A stretch of 64,000 nt of DNA from positions 96,001 to 160,000 of the forward strand of contig CAVQKE010000003.1 of assembly GCA_963713045.1 (NCBI GenBank). Reading direction: 5' to 3'. The notes below the pieces were generated by a model, which was not told the DNA's origin, did not search any database, and saw only the letters and a list, made by a program, of their open reading frames with translations. The DNA is from an uncultured delta proteobacterium (GTDB lineage: Bacteria > Myxococcota > Myxococcia > Myxococcales > Myxococcaceae). This document shows, one piece after another, positions 1 to 9,773 of the stretch; positions within the stretch are counted from its first letter, which is position 1, and each line of letters starts with the position of its first letter. A program made the position numbers and the translations under genes.

Positions 1-40
1 GGGCGCCGCGAGGCGCAGAAACTTCAAAACTGAGGTGCAA

Positions 41-469
41 CTAACGGTTCGCCGGTATTACAAGTTGTTGACCGATTTCCACACGGTTCGGATCGCGGAG
101 TGTGTCCTTGTTTGCATCGAAGATACGCATGTAATCGCTGGCGTTTCCGTAAAAGTGTTGCGCGATCTTGGACAACGAGTCCCCCGCTTTGACGGTGTAG
201 ATGTGCCGCGATGACATAGCGGGCGCCGGTTGCCATGCGGGTTGAGGAACGGATGCATTGACGGCGATGTCCACAGTGATGTCGTCGTAAGCAGGATTGA
301 CAGCCTTGATCTGATTCCAGACCTCGTTCTTGGCGGCTTCGGATGGCGCTTTTCCCTGCATGAAGAGCTTGTTGTCCTGAATATGGAGGTGCGCGAGTTG
401 AACGCCTTGCTCTCGAACGGTTGTCAGCACGCTCGCGTACTTTTGTTTGAGTTCATCAAGTCGATCCAT
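41..469 (-). CDS. LysM peptidoglycan-binding protein with N-terminal BON-like domain (Kbp/YgaU-like)
   Basis: C-terminal LysM motif YTVKAGDSLSKIAQHFYG...IFDAN...IEIGQQLVIP; GGAGG RBS upstream. Confidence 0.85.
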   Translation of the reverse strand: MDRLDELKQKYASVLTTVREQGVQLAHLHIQDNKLFMQGKAPSEAAKNEVWNQIKAVNPAYDDITVDIAVNASVPQPAWQPAPAMSSRHIYTVKAGDSLSKIAQHFYGNASDYMRIFDANKDTLRDPNRVEIGQQLVIPANR

Positions 470-480
470 ATCTACCTCCT

Positions 481-900
481 TTATGATGCTGACTTCATGG
501 GATTGAACGCGGCGAGGATTTGTCTGCCACGAGACTGAAGTTCTCCGGCGCTACCCAACTTGCCATCGGGCGTCATTGCGTCCACCAGATTCGGTAGAGA
601 TGTACTGAGATAGCCACATACTTTTTCCGGCGCCACGCCTGCTCTCTTCGCCAGCTCCTGAACGCGCTGCGATCCGAGCACCTTGCTGACTTGGTCCGCA
701 GAAATGCTCGCATTAGTCTCATTTCCAATCCAGGAGGAAATGATGTGTCCCAAACCGTTTTGTTCGAAGTTCCGCACCAGAGCGTTCAGCCCGCCCACGC
801 GATTGGTTAATAGACTCACGGTCTCGACGATGAGCGACTGATGTTGCGTGTCGCCGTTCGCTCCTTCGAACATTTTGATGACCTCAGCCCATGTGCTCAT
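481..900 (-). CDS. YidB/DUF937 family protein
   Basis: GGLNALVRNFEQNGLGHIISSWIG...LPNLVDAMTPDGK motif; start chosen at MSTW. Confidence 0.8.
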   Translation of the reverse strand: MSTWAEVIKMFEGANGDTQHQSLIVETVSLLTNRVGGLNALVRNFEQNGLGHIISSWIGNETNASISADQVSKVLGSQRVQELAKRAGVAPEKVCGYLSTSLPNLVDAMTPDGKLGSAGELQSRGRQILAAFNPMKSAS

Positions 901-1112
901 TAGAAGCCCTCTTTTCTTTCGTAGTGTTTCCGTTTCTGTCTTAGTCATCGCACCGTGCGCTGCTGACGGCGCCGACCAACGCACATAAGATGTTCGCCCA
1001 TCGGGCAGGCTCTATTTATTTTTCTTGTCGGCGCGTGCGTTCGGGCCCGATTATTTTGCGTCACGAGCGGTGCCAACGCAATCTCAGACAGCGACATGCC
1101 GCGAGGTTGCAT

Positions 1113-2396
1113 ATGACAACTCAAGGAGCGGTGGCACTACTGTGCGTCGAATTGCTGGTGGTGCAACGCATTTATCCATCTCCAGGGGCGCAATCGCCAC
1201 CAGTCCCACAACCGGTTGCCGGCGCAACTCAGAACCCGACAGCGCCGCTGGCGCCCGGTCAACTCGACAGCCTGGTTGCTCCCGTCGCGCTATATCCCGA
1301 CCCCATCCTGAGCCAGGTGCTGGTAGCCTCCACGTATCCTTTGGAGATCGTCGAAGCCGCCCGCTGGCTGAGTGCACATTCCGCGCTTCAGGGTAAAGCC
1401 CTTGTTGACGCGGCCGCGAAGCAAACCTGGGACGCCAGCGTGCAGGCTTTAGTCGTCTTCCCCGACCTGCTCACGCTTCTGAATAAGGACATCGGTTGGA
1501 CATCGGACTTGGGAAACGCCTTTCTCGCGCAACAGCAGGACGTGCTGGACGCCGTCCAACGGATGCGTCAGAAAGCCGAGAACAAAGGAACCCTGCAATC
1601 GAATGACAAGCAAACGGTCAATTCCACAGCACAAGGCGGAAACACTTACATTGAAATACAACCCGCCAGTCCTGAAGTCGTCTACATACCGCAATACGAC
1701 CCGGCTGCGATATGGGGCCCGCCCGAGTATTATCCGTATCCGCCCGTTTACTATCCAACTGCTGGCGCGGTGTTCGCGGCAGGCGCGATCTCTTTCGGCA
1801 TCGGTGTTGCGGTCGGAGCCATCGTGTCAGGCGGCTGGAATAGCTGGGGCTGGAATGCGGGATGGGGCAATCACAACGTCGTCATCAACAACAATTTCAT
1901 CAGCCGCAATAACCTTACTCGCGTGAACGCCGCCGGCAACGGCAATGCGTGGGTGCACAATCCAGCCCACCGCGGCGGTGTGCCCTACAGCAACCGGAAT
2001 GTGGCAGACAGGTTCAACGGCGGCCGCGGCAATGTCGTGAACACGCGACCGACCACTGGCCAGATCCAGCAGGGACTGAACAAGGCCAATCTCTCACAGC
2101 GTCCCGGTAACGTCAGTCCTGGCCAACCCGGGAATGGCAATGCTCTGCGTCCCGGACAAGGTAACGCGGCACAGGGCGCTCGTCCCAGCCCAGGCCAGAT
2201 CGGACAAAATGTCAAACCCTCAGGGGGCGGTGATCGAATTGGGAACAGAAACATCGGCGGCGCAACGGGTGGGGGAGCGTTTGGCGGGATCAATCAGGGC
2301 GGTAATCGCACAGTTATGAATAGCAATCGTGGATTCTCGAGTGCCGGTGGATTCCGCGGCGGCGGGGGATCTCGAGGAGGCGGCCGGAGGAGATAG
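1113..2396 (+). CDS. DUF3300 domain protein with Gly/Asn/Arg-rich low-complexity tail
   Basis: LDSLVAPVALYPDPILSQVLVASTYP, WDASVQAL, VYIPQYDP motifs; adjacent to DUF2950 as is usual. Confidence 0.88.
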   Translation: MTTQGAVALLCVELLVVQRIYPSPGAQSPPVPQPVAGATQNPTAPLAPGQLDSLVAPVALYPDPILSQVLVASTYPLEIVEAARWLSAHSALQGKALVDAAAKQTWDASVQALVVFPDLLTLLNKDIGWTSDLGNAFLAQQQDVLDAVQRMRQKAENKGTLQSNDKQTVNSTAQGGNTYIEIQPASPEVVYIPQYDPAAIWGPPEYYPYPPVYYPTAGAVFAAGAISFGIGVAVGAIVSGGWNSWGWNAGWGNHNVVINNNFISRNNLTRVNAAGNGNAWVHNPAHRGGVPYSNRNVADRFNGGRGNVVNTRPTTGQIQQGLNKANLSQRPGNVSPGQPGNGNALRPGQGNAAQGARPSPGQIGQNVKPSGGGDRIGNRNIGGATGGGAFGGINQGGNRTVMNSNRGFSSAGGFRGGGGSRGGGRRR

Positions 2397-2409
2397 CAGG
2401 AACGAAATC

Positions 2410-3338
2410 ATGCGCATTCCAACCATCATTCCTTTGTTCGTGGCCGGTGCAATGCTGGCTGCAATCCAGATACAAGCTGCCCACCTGCAAGGTGAAGGGT
2501 TCCAGTCGCCCTATGCCGCGGCGAAGGGGCTGCTAGCCGCCGCCGAGAGCGACGACGTTGCAGCCTTGGTCAAGATTCTCGGGCCGTCGGCAAAAGACTT
2601 TCTGATAACTAGCGATCCCGTCGCGGATAAACAACTGCGGCGCAAATTTGTGGATGCGGCCCAACTACGAATGAAAGTTGTGGCTGATCCGCACAATCCT
2701 CACGCCAGGACCGTGCTGGTAGGTACAGACGGGTGGCCGTTACCAATACCGATCGTGCAGGCCAATGGGAAATGGTATTTCGACGCGGAGCAAGGAAAGC
2801 AGGAGATTCTCGCCCGGCGAATCGGCAGCAACGAATTGGACGCCATCGAAGTGTGCCGGGGCTACGTCGAAGCGCAAAACGAGTACGCGGAGCGGGATCG
2901 AACGGGTAGTGGAACTCCACACTATGCGCAAAAAATGATCAGCTCGCCTGGCAAGCAGGACGGGCTTTACTGGGCGGCCACTAACAAGAATGACCAGAGT
3001 CCCATCGCGGACCTCATTGCGCAGGCGTTCGCGGAAGGCTATACGAATCGTCACCAGCCGTATCACGGATACTATTTCAAAATCCTGACTGCTCAGGGAC
3101 CGCAGGCCACGGGCGGTGAGATGAACTATCTGCAGAATGGCCTTATGACCAAGGGATTCGCGCTGGTTGCGTGGCCGTCCGGTTTCGGATCCACCGGCAT
3201 GATGGCTTTCATTGTGGACAAATCAGGAATCGTTTATGAGAAGAATCTTGGGCCAAGACCTCCGAAATCGCTCGCGATTACGATGCCTATGATCCGGACG
3301 AGACCTGGGCGCCCGTAGACACGTCGGCTCGCAAGTAA
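2410..3338 (+). CDS. DUF2950 family protein; one-base frameshift near 3252
   Basis: GWPLPIPIV, RRIGSNEL, PYHGYYFKIL motifs; a family-like C-terminus KTSEIARDYDAYDPDETWAPV* lies in another frame and ends at TAA 3336-3338. Confidence 0.85.
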
Positions 3339-3440
3339 ATTTCGAGATCCGCTCGTCGCGTCACTGCGCGGCGATCCCGATCACCCTTCTATGCCAGCTT
3401 CACAGCACTGGCGCGCATGCAAAAGCTTTGGAGACAGGAA

Positions 3441-4463
3441 ATGAATCGATCATTTGTATTCTGCGTTGTTTTGATTGTGTTCTTATTACCGATTCTTGCG
3501 CACTCGCAACCCCTGATTGCCCGTGACAACGGGACCGCGTGTGGGTTCTGGGGGCAAATTGTTGGATCCACGCATCTGCTTCAACAGGGGATGGAACTGG
3601 AACTTATTCCGAAGAGCGCTCAAGCGGAAAGCGCAACCAAACAAAAACTTCTCGTGCCTGCCAACGGGAATTTCGATTTCGGCAAGTTGGCGCCGGGCGA
3701 TTACCAGCTTCGCGTTCGCGATCTCTCCGGGCACGTGTTAGTCGAGCGAATGCAGACGGTCGGCACCAGTAAAACTCAGCCGATACTCGTGTTCGTAGCG
3801 GATCCGAATTGGACTCTTGAGTACACGAATTCTGTTTCGATGTCGTCGCTACAGCATAAAACTCCAAAACGCGCCTTACAAGCTCTCCAGACGGCGAAAA
3901 AAACGTTAGACAGTGGAGATGAGCAAGCGACCATTAAGCATCTGCAGGAAGCCGTCGATCTTGATCCGGATTTTGCGGAAGCGCACGGCGATCTGGCGAT
4001 CATGTACGCCAGGCAGGGCCGCCTGGATCAGGCCTTGGAGCATGCACAAACTGCTTTTCAACTGAATCCGCGACTGTCCGAAGCAGGCTGCAACGTGGCG
4101 TTGTTGTTGATGAATTTGAAGCGGTATCCCGAGGCCGAGCGCGCCGCGCGCGGCTTAGTTTCGGATCGGTACCTGTCCTCGCTTCCCCAGGGAGTCCTGG
4201 CGATTAGCCTGATAGAGCAGCGAAAAGATCTGGAGGAGGCGCTCAAACATCTGAATGATGCCGCGCGCGCAATCCCGTTCTTCCGGTTACTCGTCGCGAA
4301 CGCGCTTAACGACATTCACCGCCCGGAGTTGGCTCTCATCCAGGTGAATGAGTATCTCCACTCGTCCGCCCACGATTGTGAGCGGTCAGATCTGGAGGCT
4401 TGGGTCGCAAAAGTAGAACAGCGATTGAGCACGCTTCATGACATCTCCGATCAGACTCATTGA
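3441..4463 (+). CDS. Secreted TPR-repeat protein with N-terminal carboxypeptidase-regulatory-like beta domain
   Basis: Signal peptide; GNFDFGKLAPGDYQLRV; TPR helices (AVDLDPDFAEAHGDLAIMYARQGRLDQA). Confidence 0.72.
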   Translation: MNRSFVFCVVLIVFLLPILAHSQPLIARDNGTACGFWGQIVGSTHLLQQGMELELIPKSAQAESATKQKLLVPANGNFDFGKLAPGDYQLRVRDLSGHVLVERMQTVGTSKTQPILVFVADPNWTLEYTNSVSMSSLQHKTPKRALQALQTAKKTLDSGDEQATIKHLQEAVDLDPDFAEAHGDLAIMYARQGRLDQALEHAQTAFQLNPRLSEAGCNVALLLMNLKRYPEAERAARGLVSDRYLSSLPQGVLAISLIEQRKDLEEALKHLNDAARAIPFFRLLVANALNDIHRPELALIQVNEYLHSSAHDCERSDLEAWVAKVEQRLSTLHDISDQTH

Positions 4464-4490
4464 TGGTAAACAATCGCTTTTGAGAATTCG

Positions 4491-6113
4491 ATGCCTCGGT
4501 TGAGCTCACACGCGGCCCGCTATGGCATCTCACTCTTTGCCACGGCCCTGGCGTCGCTTTTGTATTTTTGGTCCGGACCAGTGGAAGTGAGCTCTGACAT
4601 CCATTACTTTGGCTTCGTGCTGGCAGTGCTGCTGTCGGCCTTGGCCGGTGGTTTAGGGCCCGGACTGCTCGCGACTGGTCTTGCCGCGCTAGCGAGCGTT
4701 TATCTGCTCCTGCCGCCAATCTATTCGTTTCAGATCTCCTCGCATGATCATTTTGTGAGGCTGCTTCTCTTCGGCGGCGAGGGCGTCTTACTGAGCTGTG
4801 TTGGTCACATTTTCCGCGAAGCAGATATCGCAGACAATGGGGCCTGGGCTTCGCGTTACCTCCCTGTTCTCCTTTTTGTCTCTACCGCAACCGGCTTGAA
4901 GTTGCTCGCGTTTAAGGACGTTGAACGGGCTCTGCCATTTACTTTTTACTATGTCGCGATTGCTGCCAGCGCATGGACCGGGGGACTCGAACCGGGTCTC
5001 GCCGCCACATTCCTCTCCGCTCTGGTCGCCGGTTGGCTGTTTGTCATGCCGGAAAGTTCCGCGTCCTTGTTGGTTCCGATCAATGCGGCCCGTCTCGTTT
5101 TGTTCGCACTCGAAGGAAGCCTGATCGCTGGCTTGGGAGCGGCATATCCTCGGGCACGGAGCCTGGCGACGAAAGCCGTCGAGCAGATGCGTCAATATTC
5201 ACAGCGCATGCATCGAAGCCTGGAAGACGTCAAAGCGCTTCGCCTCACCAGCAACGATCTCATTTGGGAATGGGATCTGGTGTCAAATCGAGTCACCGCC
5301 GGGGCTACTCAGAGCCGAGCGGCCCGAGACTCCCGTTGCGAGTATGAGGCTTGCCTCCTGGCTGGATCTGATCCATCCGGAAGACCGCGCGGCTGTTGCG
5401 GTGAGCCTCGATTCAGTCTTGAAGCAGCGTCGCGACGACTGGACTTGCGAGTATCGAAGAATGCGCTCAGGAGGAGAATCGGATCACATACTGGATCGCG
5501 CTTACATCATTCGAGACGTTGACGGCAACCCGACGCGGGTGGTGGGCCGAAGCGTGGATCTGACCGAGTCCAACATCTCTCTCGCGCGTATCGAGCTCAA
5601 AGACGATATCGCGTGGCTTTTGAGCAGAACCCTTTGGCGATTCTGGTTACGGACGACGCGTTGCGAATCACGAATGCCAACAGTGCCGCTAGCGCGATGC
5701 TTGGATATAGCAACCCCGAACTCAGGGAGATGCACATTGAAAGCCTCTTCCATCCATCCCGCCGCGAAGCCATCATGCACCGGTTATTCGGCTTGACGCG
5801 TGAAAAAAGCGCATCGGCGGCGTTTCAAGAGCAGTGCGAGGGGGCTGGGGGCGATCTGTTCAACGCCAGAATCAATGCCGCCTCACTTGCGGATGTAAAT
5901 AGTGGATCGAAAGGCTGCGTGATCACGATCGAGAAACTTAATACTAACCGGAGCCCTGGCCTTAGTGATCGCTGGAGTGACTTGCATCCCATTGAGCGCG
6001 TAACGCGATGCTGGCGATTCTGTCTCGCTCCTCTAATTCGACCACGATCTTGTACGCATATCTCCTCGATCTTTGCATTTCGGATATGGAAACCGAAGCA
6101 CGAAAGGTGTTAA
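4491..6113 (+). pseudogene. Membrane sensor (2x DUF4118-like + 2x PAS) split by two frameshifts; 3' end uncertain
   Basis: ORFs 4491-5522, 5344-5796 and 5613-6113 join into TM repeats (GGLGPGLLAT, GGLEPGLAAT), a PAS_3 domain (IWEWDL...WLDLIHPEDR...EYR) and a second PAS (FEQNPLAILVTD...MLGYS). Confidence 0.65.
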
Positions 6114-6120
6114 GCAGGGC
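5962..6120 (-). other. Probable 3' fragment of a gene truncated at the sequence junction
   Basis: Open frame ALLNTFRASVSISEMQRSRRYAYKIVVELEERDRIASIALRAQWDASHSSDH*, bounded upstream by TAG just at the composition shift. Confidence 0.35.
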
Positions 6121-6231
6121 CTACAGCCTTGAATCCCCCCGGCCGTGAGGCCCGGAACCTGTCCGGAACGCACGCGTCCGGTACTCCTGGGGACCAACGC
6201 TCGGCTAGAGAATAATACAGCCTCCGGCCCT

Positions 6232-6429
6232 TCACAACGCCGGGTAGGCCTCCTCGGGCATCAATTCCGGTGTCTCCGGGCGGCGGCCTTCCTCGCGGAT
6301 GTCGGAGGTGACGAGGTCAATCAACTCGGTAGCGACCCCAATCACCTGCGTGGGCGTGTAGCCGCTCGCACGGAGTTGATTGAAGAAGGTTCGGGCTAAA
6401 ATTTTGCTCGCCTTCGCATCCGTGCTCAC
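6232..6429 (-). CDS. Small hypothetical protein (65 aa)
   Basis: GTG start with GGAGA RBS; globular helical sequence KILARTFFNQLRASGYTPTQVIGVATELIDLV. Confidence 0.7.
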   Translation of the reverse strand: MSTDAKASKILARTFFNQLRASGYTPTQVIGVATELIDLVTSDIREEGRRPETPELMPEEAYPAL

Positions 6430-6624
6430 AGGGTTTCTCCTTAGGGCGGAATTCCGCCGGACAGCCACGTCAAGCTTCATGGGGCGTGCCAGTCCCGGGT
6501 ACCGGTTAACCCCCAGAGAACACACCACCCAGGGGTCTCCCTTCCCCTGACGAGGTGCGTAACCCATTGCGCACTGCAACCCGGACGCGACGGCCAGGGG
6601 GTGCGGGTGGACAATGGGCAGCCG

Positions 6625-6990
6625 ATGGCGTTCCGCGTGCGCACCCCGGACGGCGAGCTTTCCTACCCGACGTTGTTGGACGTGGAGCGCGCCTTCCACC
6701 TGGGGCTGGTGGACCCCGAGGACGAAGTCATCGATGAGGGTACCGGGGCAACCTACCGGGCAAGGGAGCACCCGGCCCTGGCTCCCCCTCCCCCCAGGCG
6801 CTTCTGGCAAAACCGCGCAGCCCAACCGGCACGGGTGGCGGTTGCCCTGTCGCTTGCTCTGGCGGCGCTTTTGGCGGGCGCCACCCAGCAATGGTGGCTG
6901 GCGCTGCCCACGGCCGCAGCGGCGGCGCTGGTGACGGTGCGCATCGCCATCACCGCCCAGTCCCGCCCGCGGGTGACGAAGCAGCCGTGA
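6625..6990 (+). CDS. Hypothetical membrane protein
   Basis: FRVRTPDGEL...GLVDPEDEV N-domain plus two C-terminal hydrophobic helices. Confidence 0.65.
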   Translation: MAFRVRTPDGELSYPTLLDVERAFHLGLVDPEDEVIDEGTGATYRAREHPALAPPPPRRFWQNRAAQPARVAVALSLALAALLAGATQQWWLALPTAAAAALVTVRIAITAQSRPRVTKQP

Positions 6991-7018
6991 GGGTTTCCCA
7001 GCGGTAGAGTTGGGGCTG

Positions 7019-7648
7019 ATGGCTTCGTCACTGTTGGCATTGCAGGCGGCGCTGCTGCTGTGGGCTGGCGCCCCGGCGGGCGAGGAGGTTTACACCTGGA
7101 CGGACGGCGAAGGGGTGGCGCACTACACCAACGACGCCAACACCATCCCCGCGCGCTACCGCGACCAGGCCCGGTCCCTGGAGGGGCAGAGTGTCGCGAC
7201 GCCCGCCGACACGGCCAGCCCGCCGGCAACAGCTGAGGCGAAGTCCGCCTCGGCAGAGGAGGCACCCAAGGCCGTTGCGACCAAGCCGGCCGAGCGAAGC
7301 GAGGAGGCGCTGGAGGAGTCGGCTCCGCCGCCGCTTCCCTTGTCCCCCAATGAGGCGGCGGGGCTGGACGAAGCGGGCTGGCGCAAGCGCTTTTTGCGCA
7401 GCACCGAGCGGGTACACCGCGCGGAAGTCAACCTGGCGCGCGACCAGGACAGGCTGGCCCACGTGGCCAATGAAGAGTCCTACCTGGTGGTGGACGCCTA
7501 TGGCCGGACGATGACAGCCGGACGTGCCAGCGCGCTGCGGCTACAAGTGACTGAGGACGAGCGCGTCCTGGCCGAAGCGCGAGATGCGCTGCATGACTTG
7601 GAACGGCTGGCGGCGCGGGAGTCCATTCCGCTCGAATGGCGCCGCTGA
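7019..7648 (+). CDS. DUF4124 domain exported protein with coiled-coil C-terminus
   Basis: Signal peptide followed by VYTWTDGEGVAHYTND...IPARYR. Confidence 0.8.
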   Translation: MASSLLALQAALLLWAGAPAGEEVYTWTDGEGVAHYTNDANTIPARYRDQARSLEGQSVATPADTASPPATAEAKSASAEEAPKAVATKPAERSEEALEESAPPPLPLSPNEAAGLDEAGWRKRFLRSTERVHRAEVNLARDQDRLAHVANEESYLVVDAYGRTMTAGRASALRLQVTEDERVLAEARDALHDLERLAARESIPLEWRR

Positions 7649-7652
7649 AGGC

Positions 7653-8375
7653 CTAGCGTGACAGCCAGGCGTTGCGTCGACCGGCGGTAACCCACGGCCG
7701 CAGCGGCGGTGACGGCAGCTGGCGGCGGCGCATGAAGCCACACAGCACAAAACCGGTGACGAAGCCGCCGACGTGCGCCCACCAGGCGACGCCGCCTTGG
7801 GCGCCGGCGGCCACGCCCGCGGCCCCGTAGAAGAATTGCATGACAAACCAAAGGCCCAAGAAGACGAAGGCCGGCAATTCCACCAGCCAGGGGATGATGA
7901 TGATGGGAACCAGGGTGAGGATGCGCGCCCCGGAAAACATCAACAGATACGCCCCCAGGACACCCGAGATGGCGCCCGAGGCGCCAACCGCCGGGATGGC
8001 TGAAGTCGGCGCGGAGAGGCCCTGGACGATGAACGAGACGACGCCACACACCAGGTAGAAGACGAAGTAGCGGCCGTGCCCAAGTTGGTCCTCGACGTTG
8101 TCGCCGAAAACCCAGAGGAACCACATGTTGGAAACCAGGTGCAGCAGGTTGGCGTGCAGAAACATGGCGCTCAAAAGCGGTTGCCAACGCTGCCAGTCCA
8201 ACGCACCCCCTCGCCAGTAGAAGAAGCGCCGGGGGACGAAGGCGAAATGGGAGAAAAGCTGGTTGGCATCGGGGCTTTGGGCCACCGTCAAGAAGATGAG
8301 AATGTTGGCGAAGATGAGCCCCACCGTCACCAGCGGGAACGACCGAGACTGGGGGCTGTCGCGCAGAGGAATCAC
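7653..8375 (-). CDS. Rhomboid family intramembrane serine protease
   Basis: HxxxxHxxxN (HANLLHLVSN), GASGA catalytic Ser, AHVGG catalytic His; GTG start at IPLRD. Confidence 0.92.
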   Translation of the reverse strand: MIPLRDSPQSRSFPLVTVGLIFANILIFLTVAQSPDANQLFSHFAFVPRRFFYWRGGALDWQRWQPLLSAMFLHANLLHLVSNMWFLWVFGDNVEDQLGHGRYFVFYLVCGVVSFIVQGLSAPTSAIPAVGASGAISGVLGAYLLMFSGARILTLVPIIIIPWLVELPAFVFLGLWFVMQFFYGAAGVAAGAQGGVAWWAHVGGFVTGFVLCGFMRRRQLPSPPLRPWVTAGRRNAWLSR

Positions 8376-8444
8376 GGGAAAGTCCCCCAACTTAACCACC
8401 CGACGGGCAGCGACCACCCCCAGAAGTGGTAGGTTCCCCGCCCC

Positions 8445-9707
8445 GTGACAGAGCCCTCCTCCCCTGCCGACGAGGCAGTTGCGCCCGCCGAAGAAACCGT
8501 CCGTAAAGTCTACGTCCGCGACTTGCGGGAGAAACAGCCCGTCTTCACCGTCTTCCGTGTCACCCGCAAGACGCGGCAGACGTCGCGCAATGGGAAGGGC
8601 TTCCTCGTCCTTGGCTTCGGCGACCGGACGGGCGAAGTCGACGGCCGCATCTTCGACCGGGTGGAGGCCTTGGAAAACGCCTTCCACGTGGATGACTACG
8701 TGCTGGTGAAGGGCCAGGTGGTGTCCTTCCACGGCAAGCCGCAAGTCATCGCCGAGTCGCTGGAGCGCCTCGACCCGGAACCCATCGACGCGGCGGAATT
8801 TCAGCCGCCCACCCCGCCGCCGGCGCCCGAGGCCTCCGCCCCAGAGGCGTTCCGCGCGCCCGCCGCCGCCGAGGCCAAGGCACCAGACGGACAGCGGACG
8901 GTGGCCCAGATTCGAGAGCTGGTGGAGCAGGTGGACGACCCCCACGTGAAGGCGCTTTTGGTGGCCTTTCTCGAGGACAGCGAGATTGCCAGAGGGCTGC
9001 CGCTGGCTCCGGGCGCCAAGGGCACCCACCATGCCTACCGCGGCGGTCTGGCCGAACATCTGCTGTCCGTCATGCGGCTGTCGCAGCGGGTGGCGGAGCA
9101 GTACCCGATGCTGGACCGCGACCTGCTGTTGGCCGGCGCCCTGCTGCATGACATTGGCAAGGTGTCCGAGCTGGCCTACGCCAACGGAGGCGTGGCCTTC
9201 ACCGACCAGGGGCGCCTGGTGGGCCATGCGGTGACCACGGCGCAGGCCATTCACGCCAAGGCCGCGCAGCTACCGGACTTCCCGAGGGCCTTGCAACACC
9301 ACCTCACCCACCTGGTCATCGCCGAGCGTCGGGAGCACGCTTCGGCTAAGCCGCCGGTGACGCTTGAGGCCTACGTCGTCCACGCACTTGCCGAACTCGA
9401 CGCGCAACTGGCCGGCTGGCTCGAGGCGATGGCCAAGGACCCCAACGCCAACTGGGCGGAACCCACCCGGCTGACGGAGCGGCACCTCTTCAAGGGTGCA
9501 CCGCCCACCCGCGGCGGCCGCAGCCCGGTGGGCGCCCGCCGCAGGCGCCGGGGCCGCGTTGGTCGCGAGCGCCAGCCCGAGCGCGACGGCGCGGAGCGCA
9601 AGGAGGCGGACGCGCCGGCCGTCCCGCGGTTGACGCTTCCCCCGCTGGAGTCGCTCACCGGGTCCACACCGACTGCCGACGGCACGGAAGACCCGGCGCG
9701 CGGGTGA
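8445..9707 (+). CDS. YhaM/Cbf1-family OB-fold + HD domain protein (3'-5' exoribonuclease-like)
   Basis: OB fold (GDRTGEVDGRIF), HHAYRGGLAEH, LLHDIGK. Confidence 0.82.
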   Translation: MTEPSSPADEAVAPAEETVRKVYVRDLREKQPVFTVFRVTRKTRQTSRNGKGFLVLGFGDRTGEVDGRIFDRVEALENAFHVDDYVLVKGQVVSFHGKPQVIAESLERLDPEPIDAAEFQPPTPPPAPEASAPEAFRAPAAAEAKAPDGQRTVAQIRELVEQVDDPHVKALLVAFLEDSEIARGLPLAPGAKGTHHAYRGGLAEHLLSVMRLSQRVAEQYPMLDRDLLLAGALLHDIGKVSELAYANGGVAFTDQGRLVGHAVTTAQAIHAKAAQLPDFPRALQHHLTHLVIAERREHASAKPPVTLEAYVVHALAELDAQLAGWLEAMAKDPNANWAEPTRLTERHLFKGAPPTRGGRSPVGARRRRRGRVGRERQPERDGAERKEADAPAVPRLTLPPLESLTGSTPTADGTEDPARG

Positions 9708-9773
9708 CGCTGGCCCCAGGGGGAGCATGGACGCTACCGGCGCGGCTGCGCTAAGGCCTCGCGCACAAGGCGC

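Noticed and set aside
6477..6491. Possible sigma54 promoter on the minus strand (TGGCACG-CCCC-ATGA)
   Set aside because: The -24 element is perfect but the -12 lacks the conserved GC; insufficient support
7653..9254. 533-aa version of the rhomboid ORF, and similar long N-terminal extensions (coxL 40882, coxD 44555, EIIC 53872)
   Set aside because: The extensions overlap other genes and lack homology-like content; downstream starts fit the families better
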